Below are positions 25,526 to 34,383 of a stretch of 37,947 bases of DNA, piece after piece. How positions within the stretch are numbered: the stretch's first letter is position 1; each line of letters begins with the position of its first letter. The notes under the pieces were generated by a model. It saw only the letters and a program-made list of their open reading frames with translations, ran no database searches and was not told where the DNA came from. A program made the position numbers and the translations under genes. Source of the stretch: Candidatus Moranbacteria bacterium GW2011_GWC2_37_8 (lineage in GTDB: Bacteria; Patescibacteriota; Minisyncoccia; Moranbacterales; GWC2-37-73); the NCBI GenBank assembly GCA_000992165.1, contig LBTS01000002.1, forward strand, positions 1 through 37,947, given 5' to 3'.

Positions 25526-27667
25526 CTAGTTCTCGCCGCGAGTTTTGTTTATCAAATTTCGCACTTCATCCAAATTTACATTCGGACGTTGGCGGGGTTT
25601 GAATTTTTTTGGAGCAATATGCTGCATTTGAGAAAGTGACATCGGACGATCTTGCGGCTCATATGCTTTGTGCTCAATTTTTCTTTCAGGCAATTCCTGC
25701 TTTTTCTCGACAGGCTTTGCATATTGAGGCTTGCTTTGTGCATATGGACGAGCAGCTGCTGCAGGATTAATATTTGCAGATTGCTGAGGTTGAGGAGCAG
25801 CAATCTGACTAGTAGGGTTTGCTTCTTGCCTTTCCTCTTGCTCACGCTGCATCTTTCTTTCCTGATTAAGTTTTTCCTTGGCGGTCATCCTTTGATAATC
25901 TTTCAAACAGTCTTTGCAAAAAGTTGGCCGCTTTCCATCGGGCTGAAACGGAACTTGAATCTTGTCACCGCACATGTCGCAAATTGCCTCAAACATCGGC
26001 TTTGGAGGCTCTAGTTGATTATATTCTCCCAAATCATCTACTGGCGCAGGGGCATGTCTCAAATCAGCATGCTGCTCCATCACTTTTTGAGGTTCAGAAG
26101 CTCTTGGAGGCTCAGGTGCGCTCACAGGGGCAGTTGGCTGCGTAAATTGCTGAGTTTGCTGGGATATAGGCGCTTGAGGCTCTTGTTTTGGACTAGCAGG
26201 GCTTGCTTGAAATGCGGGAGTTGGGGCCGCTGGCCGCTGAACTGGCGCTGAAGCTATGGGCTGCCTAGCAGGCGCAAAATTTGGATTCTGCGATGGTTGC
26301 TGTTGTTGATAAACGGATGCTCCTTGATATGGCGATGCCGATGTGGTTGGAGCAGCATTTACAGTTGGAAATCCCCCAACCGGCATCACGCCAGACCATC
26401 TCGCAATCTTGTCTTCAACTTCTTCCTTGCTTGACGCATAACGCTCGCGAGAAGCAGCAATAATCTTTTCCTCATTTTCCATTGTGTCTTCAATATATAT
26501 CGGCGGCAAAACTTGAGCCGAAAATGCATCTCCGGCAATACCGTCAATCATCAGTTTCAAATAGATATTATATTTCGGCAAATTCACAATATCATTTTGC
26601 ACAAATACAGGCGCAAATTCTTTTTCCAAAAATTCCGCATCAGTGGCGCCAACTCGAAATGAAATGATTGTGCCGGCATTACCAAAAATAGCATCGCGCA
26701 CTTTTTCATCAATCTGCGTGATGTATTGATTTGCCAAAATAAGGTTCAAACGATATTTTCGAGCTTCAGACAAAATATTGGCAAAAGATTCCGTTGCAAA
26801 GTTTTGAAATTCATCTACGTATAAGTAAAAGTCTTTTCGATCTTCTTCTGCGATATCAACGCGTCCCATAGCAGCCAGCTGAATTTTCGTAATCATCATA
26901 GCTCCAAGCAAGGCGCCATTGTCTTCACCGATGCGTCCCTTGGAAAGATTGATAATCAAAATCTTCTGGGTGTCCATCGCATTGCGAATATCAAAAGAAG
27001 ATTGAGTCTGACCAACGATATTTCTAATCAGGGAACTGGAGAGAAACTGTCCGACCTTGTTTTGAATCGGAGAAACAACTTCCTGCAAAACCTTATCGCT
27101 CCATTTCGGAAATTCATCAACCCAAAATTGCCTGATTACCGGGTCGGTAACTTTGTCTACAACTTTTTCGCGATATTTTTTGTCCACCAAAATTCTGGTT
27201 ACGCCCAAGAGTGTGCTGCCTGGATATTCCAAAAGTGCCAAAATTGCATTACGCAAAATGTATTCCAATCGTGGTCCCCAAGAATCTGCCCATATTTTTT
27301 TGAACACACCAATAAGACCCGATGCCACCAAATGGCGATAATCAGGATCAACAGATTCCATCACATTGAAAGCCAATGGAAAATTTTGGTCGGCAGGGTT
27401 CAGATAAATAACGTCATTGATGCGATTGGCTGGAATTGATTTCAAGAGTTTTTCCGCCGTGTCGCCGTGCGGATCAATATAACAAATTCCATGACCATTT
27501 CGAATATCCTGAACAACCAAATTCTCCAAGAGATTGGTTTTTCCCATACCGGTCTTTCCAATAATGTACATGTGCCTGGTCCTGTCATCTGTCTTGATTC
27601 CGAAAACCCTTTCCTGATTTCTGAAGTTTGTTTTTGCAAAAAATGCAATTTCGTTATTTTGCGCCAT
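25526..27667 (-). CDS. VirD4/TraD-like (TrwB-type) ATPase with Pro/Gln linker and CxxC-x17-CxxC domain
   Basis: GKTGMGKT, IDPHGD, YVDEFQNF, LSEARKY; CDMC...VPFQPDGKRPTFCKDC. Confidence 0.92.
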   Translation of the reverse strand: MAQNNEIAFFAKTNFRNQERVFGIKTDDRTRHMYIIGKTGMGKTNLLENLVVQDIRNGHGICYIDPHGDTAEKLLKSIPANRINDVIYLNPADQNFPLAFNVMESVDPDYRHLVASGLIGVFKKIWADSWGPRLEYILRNAILALLEYPGSTLLGVTRILVDKKYREKVVDKVTDPVIRQFWVDEFPKWSDKVLQEVVSPIQNKVGQFLSSSLIRNIVGQTQSSFDIRNAMDTQKILIINLSKGRIGEDNGALLGAMMITKIQLAAMGRVDIAEEDRKDFYLYVDEFQNFATESFANILSEARKYRLNLILANQYITQIDEKVRDAIFGNAGTIISFRVGATDAEFLEKEFAPVFVQNDIVNLPKYNIYLKLMIDGIAGDAFSAQVLPPIYIEDTMENEEKIIAASRERYASSKEEVEDKIARWSGVMPVGGFPTVNAAPTTSASPYQGASVYQQQQPSQNPNFAPARQPIASAPVQRPAAPTPAFQASPASPKQEPQAPISQQTQQFTQPTAPVSAPEPPRASEPQKVMEQHADLRHAPAPVDDLGEYNQLEPPKPMFEAICDMCGDKIQVPFQPDGKRPTFCKDCLKDYQRMTAKEKLNQERKMQREQEERQEANPTSQIAAPQPQQSANINPAAAARPYAQSKPQYAKPVEKKQELPERKIEHKAYEPQDRPMSLSQMQHIAPKKFKPRQRPNVNLDEVRNLINKTRGEN

Positions 27668-27668
27668 A

Positions 27669-27793
27669 CCCGGTAGTAGAAATTTGAATGAGCGTTGCTC
27701 AAAAAAATTATCTTTTTTGAAATTTTATATTACCCGATGAAAAAAATAAAATAGAGATTTAACTTTTTTATATTTCAAATTTTCACTACCGGG
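27669..27793. mobile_element. 125-bp MITE-like element with 20-bp TIRs and a 4-bp target duplication
   Basis: CCCGGTAGTAGAAATTTGAA / TTCAAATTTTCACTACCGGG (18/20), with CATA on both flanks. Confidence 0.75.
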
Positions 27794-27825
27794 CATACTA
27801 ACGTTGTAGTATTTAAAAAATTACT

Positions 27826-27926
27826 TGAATCATGATTTAGGAATTAGGAGTTAGAGTTTAGGAATTAGTAGTTATGCTTGATTCATAATTCATAATTCTT
27901 GTCTTTTGATTCTTGATTCATAATTC
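27826..27926. repeat. heptamer arrays (TTAGGAA-type / TTCATAA-type)
   Basis: TGAATCATGATTTAGGAATTAGGAGTTAGAGTTTAGGAATTAG ... TTCATAATTCATAATTCTTG...TTCTTGATTCATAATTC. Confidence 0.7.
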
Positions 27927-27931
27927 GCCAT

Positions 27932-29212
27932 CTATTCAATCGGTAGATTTGAAGGAGCTCCGCCACGTTTTGCTTCCACGCGGTTGAGGGATGGAGCCAT
28001 CACATTCATATCAGGCAAGTGAAACAACGTGGCAAGTTCTTCAGAACTAAATGTTAACATTTCGCCATCTCTATTTCTAGTTCGGTAACGTCTTAGAAGT
28101 TTTCGTTGACGATATCTCAAGCGCGACTTTTGAAAAACATAATTTGCAAAAGTTTTAGAATTATTGTCTGGCTTAAGACTATTCATGTTGTCGTCACCAA
28201 ATTGTTTGAGAGATCCCCAAATAGAAGAAACGCCAAGAGATTTGTCGAAATTTTCCCTGCGTCCAACATATACAAATCTTCCCTTGGTTGAAAACTGCAG
28301 CTTCCCAAGATTATCCTCCACAGCTTTCAGCGCATCGCGCTCGCCAGGTGAAAGTCGAATGTCCAAAGGTTGTTCTTCTTTTTTCTTAACGGCTGCAAAT
28401 TCCACAGGGCCATTTAATCCAGCAAAAAGATTACTAAAAATATCCTTAACGTCTCTCCAGAAGCGTTCGAAAGGTCCTTCTTCGATTTTTTCTCTACCCT
28501 TTAGTTTATCAGTAAATTTCTTTCCTGCTTTAGCAACCCATCCGGGAGAATGAGGGGCTATCACCCACTGAAGCCACAAGTGTTGCCCGGGACCAATTTT
28601 TCCCATTGTTTCAATAAGACCAGCCAAAGGATCAATCATGGTACCGGTTATATCCTCTTGAAATTTTTGATAAGTGCGAATTGGAAAAAATTCATCTTTC
28701 TTTGTAAATACAACATCTGCTCCCCATAAATCCCACTGATTATTTGGAATCAAGACAGGCACATCATCAACATAATCCGGGACTTCAATAATTTCAACAT
28801 CTGGATATTGAGCATATAGATGAGCCTCAACCAGATTTCTATACTTTTTCATGGTGCGAATATATATATGCACCGTTCCTTGATCGCTTGCAATTTCCAA
28901 ACTCATATAATCAGCAAACATACCACTAATGTATTCTTCAGCGATATCAAAACCTTTTTCGACTCCAGCAAAACCTGCAAAAAGACCTTCCATTGGTTTT
29001 GGACTTTTTTCAATATTCTTAGGTGGGATAATTTCCAAGAGCACCCATTTGGCAGCGCCCCAATATGCATCTTGCACATGGCGAAGCCAATAAATTTTGA
29101 ACATATAAAAGAAAAGCGGCGGCAAAGCTATGAACCATACATAGTTCATAGCTTGCCAAGCCGTTTTCATGGAAGAAACAATTTCTAAAATTGAACTTGA
29201 AATAATGTCCAT
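27932..29212 (-). CDS. conserved CPR membrane-anchored protein upstream of the VirD4-like ATPase (DUF8128-like)
   Basis: N-terminal TM, LEIIPP, SLEIAS, LYAQYPDVEI, PIRTY, EELATLFHLP, PSNLP; start moved to ATG 29212. Confidence 0.8.
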   Translation of the reverse strand: MDIISSSILEIVSSMKTAWQAMNYVWFIALPPLFFYMFKIYWLRHVQDAYWGAAKWVLLEIIPPKNIEKSPKPMEGLFAGFAGVEKGFDIAEEYISGMFADYMSLEIASDQGTVHIYIRTMKKYRNLVEAHLYAQYPDVEIIEVPDYVDDVPVLIPNNQWDLWGADVVFTKKDEFFPIRTYQKFQEDITGTMIDPLAGLIETMGKIGPGQHLWLQWVIAPHSPGWVAKAGKKFTDKLKGREKIEEGPFERFWRDVKDIFSNLFAGLNGPVEFAAVKKKEEQPLDIRLSPGERDALKAVEDNLGKLQFSTKGRFVYVGRRENFDKSLGVSSIWGSLKQFGDDNMNSLKPDNNSKTFANYVFQKSRLRYRQRKLLRRYRTRNRDGEMLTFSSEELATLFHLPDMNVMAPSLNRVEAKRGGAPSNLPIE

Positions 29213-29230
29213 ATTTTTGTTTTCTCTACT

Positions 29231-29258
29231 GTCATCCCGCACTTGATGCGGGATCCAG
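29231..29258. repeat. REP-like palindrome overlapping a stop codon
   Basis: GTCATCCCGCACTTGATGCGGGATCCAG; read on the minus strand it encodes LDPASSAG*. Confidence 0.85.
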
Positions 29259-30335
29259 TTTATATCTCCGGTCAGGCGATGTTCCTGTTTTGATTGAATA
29301 CACGCCTTCTTTAGTTTTGGAAAAATAGTTATTCAAATTTATAACAATAGTTGATTTCTTAACGTGTCTGATATCCAAAACCTTCTTCAAAATTTCATCT
29401 CTATTTAATGGCTTAGATGATTTTTTCAAAATTTCTTCAATAACATCCTTGACTGTGCCCTTTTTATATCCCCATTCAACCAATGCATAAATTCCCCTAC
29501 CAACCAAAACGAAATTTTTATCTTTAATTAGTTCATTATGAACAGTCTGCGGATGAGTACCTTTTTTATTCAAATGATACTGGTCAATTTTTTTTGCAAT
29601 GTCTCGGAAATGCAACGGTATTCCTGCCTCTTTCAACACTAAATATGATTTCTCCCTTGTTCCTTTAGGAGAAATTTCTTTCCATTTTGCGATTCCCCAT
29701 TTTTCAAAGGTATTTTGCTTTATCTCTTCAGACACTTCCAAATAGCTTTGGAAAACATCCTTCTCAATTTTTACCTCTGCCTTTAACAATTCAAACATTT
29801 CATCAACAGAAAGAGGTTTCTTTTCAGCAACCAAAACTTTCACTGCTGCATTTTTAACTGCTCGCCATCCTTCAATATCAAACAAAGGAAGCATGTATGA
29901 AAATGACAACTCATCCTTAACTTCAACCCCCTTAACAGCATCTGTGCATTCAAGAAAAAAACAAACAGCAGCTTCTTCGCTTGCGTTTCCTTTTCCAAGA
30001 ACTTTCAGCAATTGCTTTTTCTCCATTATACCACCATTTTCAGTAATAGCCAAAACGATTTTATCTTGAACTTGAGCAAATAATGGAACTCCACTTTTTT
30101 CCTTAACTTTCTTAAGAACCTCACGAATCACTTGTCTTACACGTTCACGAGTTATGCTATATTTTTTTCCAATTTCCTCAAGTGTAAGTGCATGAGAATT
30201 GAAAACTCCATAGCGTGTAAAAATTATTTCCTGGCTGCGCAACGAAAAATCAGCCACGATTTGCTTGAGTGCTTCTGAGAAAAATAAAGGTGTTTCCTGA
30301 ACATTTGTATTTTCTGGCTTGTTTGATGTTTCCAT
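29232..30335 (-). CDS. sigma-70 region-4-like HTH + HARE-HTH (RNA polymerase delta-like) protein
   Basis: TLEEIGKKYSITRERVRQV; PLHFRDIA, QTVHNELIKD, FVLVGRGIYAL. Confidence 0.85.
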   Translation of the reverse strand: METSNKPENTNVQETPLFFSEALKQIVADFSLRSQEIIFTRYGVFNSHALTLEEIGKKYSITRERVRQVIREVLKKVKEKSGVPLFAQVQDKIVLAITENGGIMEKKQLLKVLGKGNASEEAAVCFFLECTDAVKGVEVKDELSFSYMLPLFDIEGWRAVKNAAVKVLVAEKKPLSVDEMFELLKAEVKIEKDVFQSYLEVSEEIKQNTFEKWGIAKWKEISPKGTREKSYLVLKEAGIPLHFRDIAKKIDQYHLNKKGTHPQTVHNELIKDKNFVLVGRGIYALVEWGYKKGTVKDVIEEILKKSSKPLNRDEILKKVLDIRHVKKSTIVINLNNYFSKTKEGVYSIKTGTSPDRRYKLDPASSAG

Positions 30336-30444
30336 TTACCCCGTTAAATAAGATTTGAATCTCCTTATGGAGAAGCAACTTACTTTTGATAAAATTTAAA
30401 CGATTTGACTCTTAATTCCTCCCTGCCTATCCAACAGGGATGAA
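30336..30444. mobile_element. degenerate CCCCGTTA-type inverted-repeat element abutting a start codon
   Basis: TTACCCCGTTAAATA at left versus TATCCAACAGGGATGAA at right. Confidence 0.4.
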
Positions 30445-30510
30445 TTTAATACCAAATTTAATATATATTAGGTTTCAAATTATATTAACACATATTAAAA
30501 TTTTGTCAAC

Positions 30511-30787
30511 CCCATTAGAAATTTCATATTTATTATGGAATATACGCAATATACGGTTCCATGAAAAACAGCTATTGCTTTTTGTTTTTCTATTTTCTTT
30601 TTGGCCAATTATTGCGACAGCAATTCCTGAGCCCTTGACCATAGATTTGGGTCAAGGGTGTGCTCAAAAAGGAAATATAGCTGGAACCATATATTGCGTA
30701 TGACCCTTTATTATCAGCTATGGATTTTGTTTTTTAATTGCTAAGACTATAAACCATAAAATTCCGTATCTTGAAATTTCTAACGGG
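30511..30787. mobile_element. 277-bp MITE-like element with a long internal hairpin
   Basis: TIR CCCATTAGAAATTTCA / TGAAATTTCTAACGGG (15/16); internal 20-bp inverted repeat 30542-30561 / 30682-30701. Confidence 0.7.
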
Positions 30788-30805
30788 ACAGGGCCATATT
30801 TACAC

Positions 30806-30837
30806 AAAAAAACAGAGGCTAGTTCGACCTCTGTTTT
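30806..30837 (-). terminator. pheT terminator
   Basis: AAAACAGAGG ... CCTCTGTTTT with a T run on the minus strand. Confidence 0.8.
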
Positions 30838-30861
30838 GAGCAACAATTCACAATAATCTGA

Positions 30862-33276
30862 TTATCTACGCATTTTTAATTCTAATTCACTTTCAAGCTT
30901 GCTTGTAATTAAATTCATGACATCATCAATCTCTTTTCCGTTTAATGTTCGCTCAGATGCGCCCAAAATTACATGGAAAGCAAAGCTAGTCGTGCTATCT
31001 GCGAAGTCAATCGCATCAAACATATCCACATCCAAAACCAAATCGCCGCCGGCCTTTTGAATTACCATCAAAATATCATCGACTCTAACATTTCCGCTCG
31101 CTATCAAAGAAATATCCCTAATAACAACAGGATGTTTTCTGATTGGGGTGAATTCCCTTTCGGCCTCAGCAATCGCGCAGAGTTTTTCCATATCAAATTC
31201 AAAAATTGCCACTCGATTATTAATATCAAATTCTTCCAGTACGAATGGATTTATTTCTCCGACAAATCCGATACTTTCCTGAGAACCCTCGATTTTAATT
31301 TCAGCGCTTCGACTCTGATGCCAAAGAGAAGGCGTTTCAATTGAGCTACCTTCGAAAGTATCGTAATAACGGTCATTAATTCCGATCTGCTCAAGCAAGT
31401 AGTCAACATGACTCTTCGCTTCAAAGAAAACAGATCCATGCCTTTTGTCTATTTTTTCTTCTTTGGCACCTTTCTTTTCAGTAACAATCGCTCCAACTAA
31501 GATACTTTTTTCTTCTGGTAATGCATCTTGAAGGGAAGGAAAATATATTCTACCTATTTCAAAAATATTAAATTCCTTATAATTTTTTATATTATCTCTA
31601 ACATTCTTCAAGATTCCAGGAATCAAACTTGTGCGCAAGATTGCATGATCAGCTGTCATCGGAGCTTCAAGTTCAAGATGCTTAATTGAATCAAGTCCTG
31701 CAACATTAGCCTCAGCATATGAGTAAAAAGAATAATTATATACTTCATTAAAACCTATTGATGCAAGCAAATCCTTAATATCTCTAGCAAACTTTCTATT
31801 TTCATTAACCGTGGCGCCAGACAGATTTACCAAGGGAGATTTAGCTAAGATATTTTCATAACCATAAACGCGACCTATTTCTTCAATTAAATTTTCTTGG
31901 GTTTTAAGATCGATTCGATAAGTTGGAATTTTTGCAATCAGTATGTTCTTTTTGATTTTTACTTTAATATCCAAAGATTCTAAAATTCTTGAACACTTGG
32001 AAGATGGGACCTCCATGCCGAGCAAGTTGTTCAAATAATTCAAATCCAGTTCAACAGTCCATGGAGAAACCGGCTTAGGATACAAATCAACAATTCCCTC
32101 TAATTCCCCATTCGCAGTATGTTCAAGTATCTCAATAAGGCGCACTATTGCTTTCTCTGCCAAATTAGGATCAATCTCCTTTTCAAAGCGAAGTGCTGCT
32201 TCGGTAACCATATTCAAACTAGTGCGGGTTTTTCTTACACTAGTCGCATTAAAAGTAGCGGCTTCCAAAACAATGGCTCTTGTTTTATTGGATATTCCGC
32301 TATGCAACCCACCCATGACACCAGCAAGCGCCAAAATTTCCTTCTCGTTTGAAATCACAATATCTTCAGAAGACAATTGCTTCTCTGATTCATCTAATAA
32401 AATTATTTTTTCTTCGGATTGAGCTTTTCTGATTACAATTTTGGTTTTTTCATTTTCTGAAATCTGCTCGAAATCAAAAGCATGGAGCGGTTGCCCTATT
32501 TCTAACATCACAAGGTTTGTCGCATCCACCACGTTGTTAATGGGGCGAATCCCGCAAGTTTCCAGTCTTTCCTTCATCCACTCAGGAGAATCCTTGATTT
32601 CGACATCAGTCATAACCACACCAATGTATCTTGAACAGATTTCAGGATCTTTTATTTCCACGGATAACCTATTAGTTTTTTTTCTAGGCAAAATCAATCC
32701 ATCGAAATCATAGTCGATTATATTTCCTTCCAGAGCCGCAATTTCGCGAGCCATTCCCACATGACTCATAGCATCATGAGCTCTATCTGGCAGAATTTTT
32801 ATTTCCAAAGTCTTGTCCTTTTCTGACAGCACATCTACTAATGGAGTTCCAATTTCAACATTTTTATCCAAAAGAAAAATACCAGAATGATCCGCTCCAA
32901 GTCCAAGTTCATCAAGTGCGCAAAGCATTCCGAAAGATTTTACACTGCGAATTTCAGCTTCCTTTATTTTGAAATCTCCAGGCAAAGTTGTTCCAATCGT
33001 AGCCACAGGAACCTTGTCCCCTATTGATATATTATGAGCACCGCAAACAATCTGAAGAACTTCTTTCCCAATATTAACCTTTGTAACCTGCAGCTTGTCG
33101 GCATTCGGATGTTTTTCTATTTCCAAAATTTCTCCAACAACAACACCATCTAGTTTCAATTCATCCTTTTCAATCTCTTCAACCTCAAAGGAATGCATGG
33201 TTATTTCTTCAGCAATTTCTTCAGCGGATTTCTTACTACCCGAAAGTTCTTTGAGCCAATTGTAGCTATATTTCAT
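30862..33276 (-). CDS. pheT: phenylalanine--tRNA ligase beta subunit
   Basis: HPNADKL, IVCGAHN, INNVVDATN, GQPLHAFD, EEIGRVYGY, LRTSL, RDIS. Confidence 0.99.
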   Translation of the reverse strand: MKYSYNWLKELSGSKKSAEEIAEEITMHSFEVEEIEKDELKLDGVVVGEILEIEKHPNADKLQVTKVNIGKEVLQIVCGAHNISIGDKVPVATIGTTLPGDFKIKEAEIRSVKSFGMLCALDELGLGADHSGIFLLDKNVEIGTPLVDVLSEKDKTLEIKILPDRAHDAMSHVGMAREIAALEGNIIDYDFDGLILPRKKTNRLSVEIKDPEICSRYIGVVMTDVEIKDSPEWMKERLETCGIRPINNVVDATNLVMLEIGQPLHAFDFEQISENEKTKIVIRKAQSEEKIILLDESEKQLSSEDIVISNEKEILALAGVMGGLHSGISNKTRAIVLEAATFNATSVRKTRTSLNMVTEAALRFEKEIDPNLAEKAIVRLIEILEHTANGELEGIVDLYPKPVSPWTVELDLNYLNNLLGMEVPSSKCSRILESLDIKVKIKKNILIAKIPTYRIDLKTQENLIEEIGRVYGYENILAKSPLVNLSGATVNENRKFARDIKDLLASIGFNEVYNYSFYSYAEANVAGLDSIKHLELEAPMTADHAILRTSLIPGILKNVRDNIKNYKEFNIFEIGRIYFPSLQDALPEEKSILVGAIVTEKKGAKEEKIDKRHGSVFFEAKSHVDYLLEQIGINDRYYDTFEGSSIETPSLWHQSRSAEIKIEGSQESIGFVGEINPFVLEEFDINNRVAIFEFDMEKLCAIAEAEREFTPIRKHPVVIRDISLIASGNVRVDDILMVIQKAGGDLVLDVDMFDAIDFADSTTSFAFHVILGASERTLNGKEIDDVMNLITSKLESELELKMRR

Positions 33277-33320
33277 ATGTTCCTAAAATTTATAAATAAA
33301 TACTATCCACTAATATTCCT

Positions 33321-34349
33321 TTAAAATTGAGATGTAAAGCGAACATCCCCACTATGAAATAAACGAATGTCATTTATTTTGTATTTCATCATAGCTAATC
33401 TTTCTATTCCAAACCCCCAAGCAAATCCCTGATATTCATTTCGTTTATATCCAGCCGATTCAAATACAAACTGATTAACCATACCAGCTCCTCCAATTTC
33501 AAGCCATCCAGCATTCTTGCAACCAGAGCAGCCCTTTCCACCACACATAGTACAGCTTATATCGAACTCAAAACTTGGCTCCGTGAATGGAAAATAACTT
33601 GGTCTTAGGCGAACCTTTACATCTTTTTTGAAAAATCTAGAAAAGAATTCTTGTGCAATAAATTTAAAATTTCCAACATTTATATTCTTATCTACAACAA
33701 GAGCCTCAAATTGATGGAAGGTGTGTTCATGTGTTGAATCAGTTGCTTCATTACGAAAAATCCTTCCTGGTACAATAATTCTATATGGCGGCACATGTTT
33801 TTCCATATACCTCACTTGTACAGCTGAGGTCTGAGTTCGCATGGCGACTCTTTCATTAGCATGAAGTCCTTTTAGCCAAAAAGTGTCCTGCATATCACGA
33901 GCAGGATGGTTCTTGGGCATATTAAGAGCATCAAAATTATAAAATTCAGTTTCAACTTCTGGTCCATCCGCAACTTCAAACCCCATCGAAGTGAAAATGT
34001 CTTCAAGTTCATTTTGAATTTTTGTAAGCGGATGAAGATGGCCGCGTTTCATTTTTTTAGCAGGAATAGTGACGTCTATTTTTTCCGCAGCAAAATCAAA
34101 ACTTTTCTCCTTAAGTTCTTTTTCTTTCTGCGTGAAAGCGCTTTCGATTTCCGCCTTAACCGTATTTGCCAATTGCCCAACAGTCTTTCGCTCTTCGCCC
34201 GTCAAATCCTTAAGACTTTTCAAGATATTCGTAAAATCACTCTTGCGTCCAAGATATTTAATGCGCAATTCTTCAGCAATCTCAACAGACGTAGCCTCGA
34301 TTATCTCAGCCAATGCCTGCTTTTTTATTTGTTCAATTTTTTCTTTCAT
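33321..34349 (-). CDS. pheS: phenylalanine--tRNA ligase alpha subunit
   Basis: HPARDMQDTF, RTQTS, FHQFE, RPSYFPFTEPS, GFAWGFGIERLAM. Confidence 0.99.
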   Translation of the reverse strand: MKEKIEQIKKQALAEIIEATSVEIAEELRIKYLGRKSDFTNILKSLKDLTGEERKTVGQLANTVKAEIESAFTQKEKELKEKSFDFAAEKIDVTIPAKKMKRGHLHPLTKIQNELEDIFTSMGFEVADGPEVETEFYNFDALNMPKNHPARDMQDTFWLKGLHANERVAMRTQTSAVQVRYMEKHVPPYRIIVPGRIFRNEATDSTHEHTFHQFEALVVDKNINVGNFKFIAQEFFSRFFKKDVKVRLRPSYFPFTEPSFEFDISCTMCGGKGCSGCKNAGWLEIGGAGMVNQFVFESAGYKRNEYQGFAWGFGIERLAMMKYKINDIRLFHSGDVRFTSQF

Positions 34350-34383
34350 AGATAATTCAAATTATAATACAAGATACCAAATG

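Noticed and set aside
25526-27667. Conjugative element or ICE
   Set aside because: No relaxase, VirB4, integrase or att sites visible; the gene sits in a housekeeping context
30440-30703. 87-aa plus-strand ORF in the pheT downstream spacer
   Set aside because: No SD, crosses the TIR, and the region is better explained by nested inverted repeats
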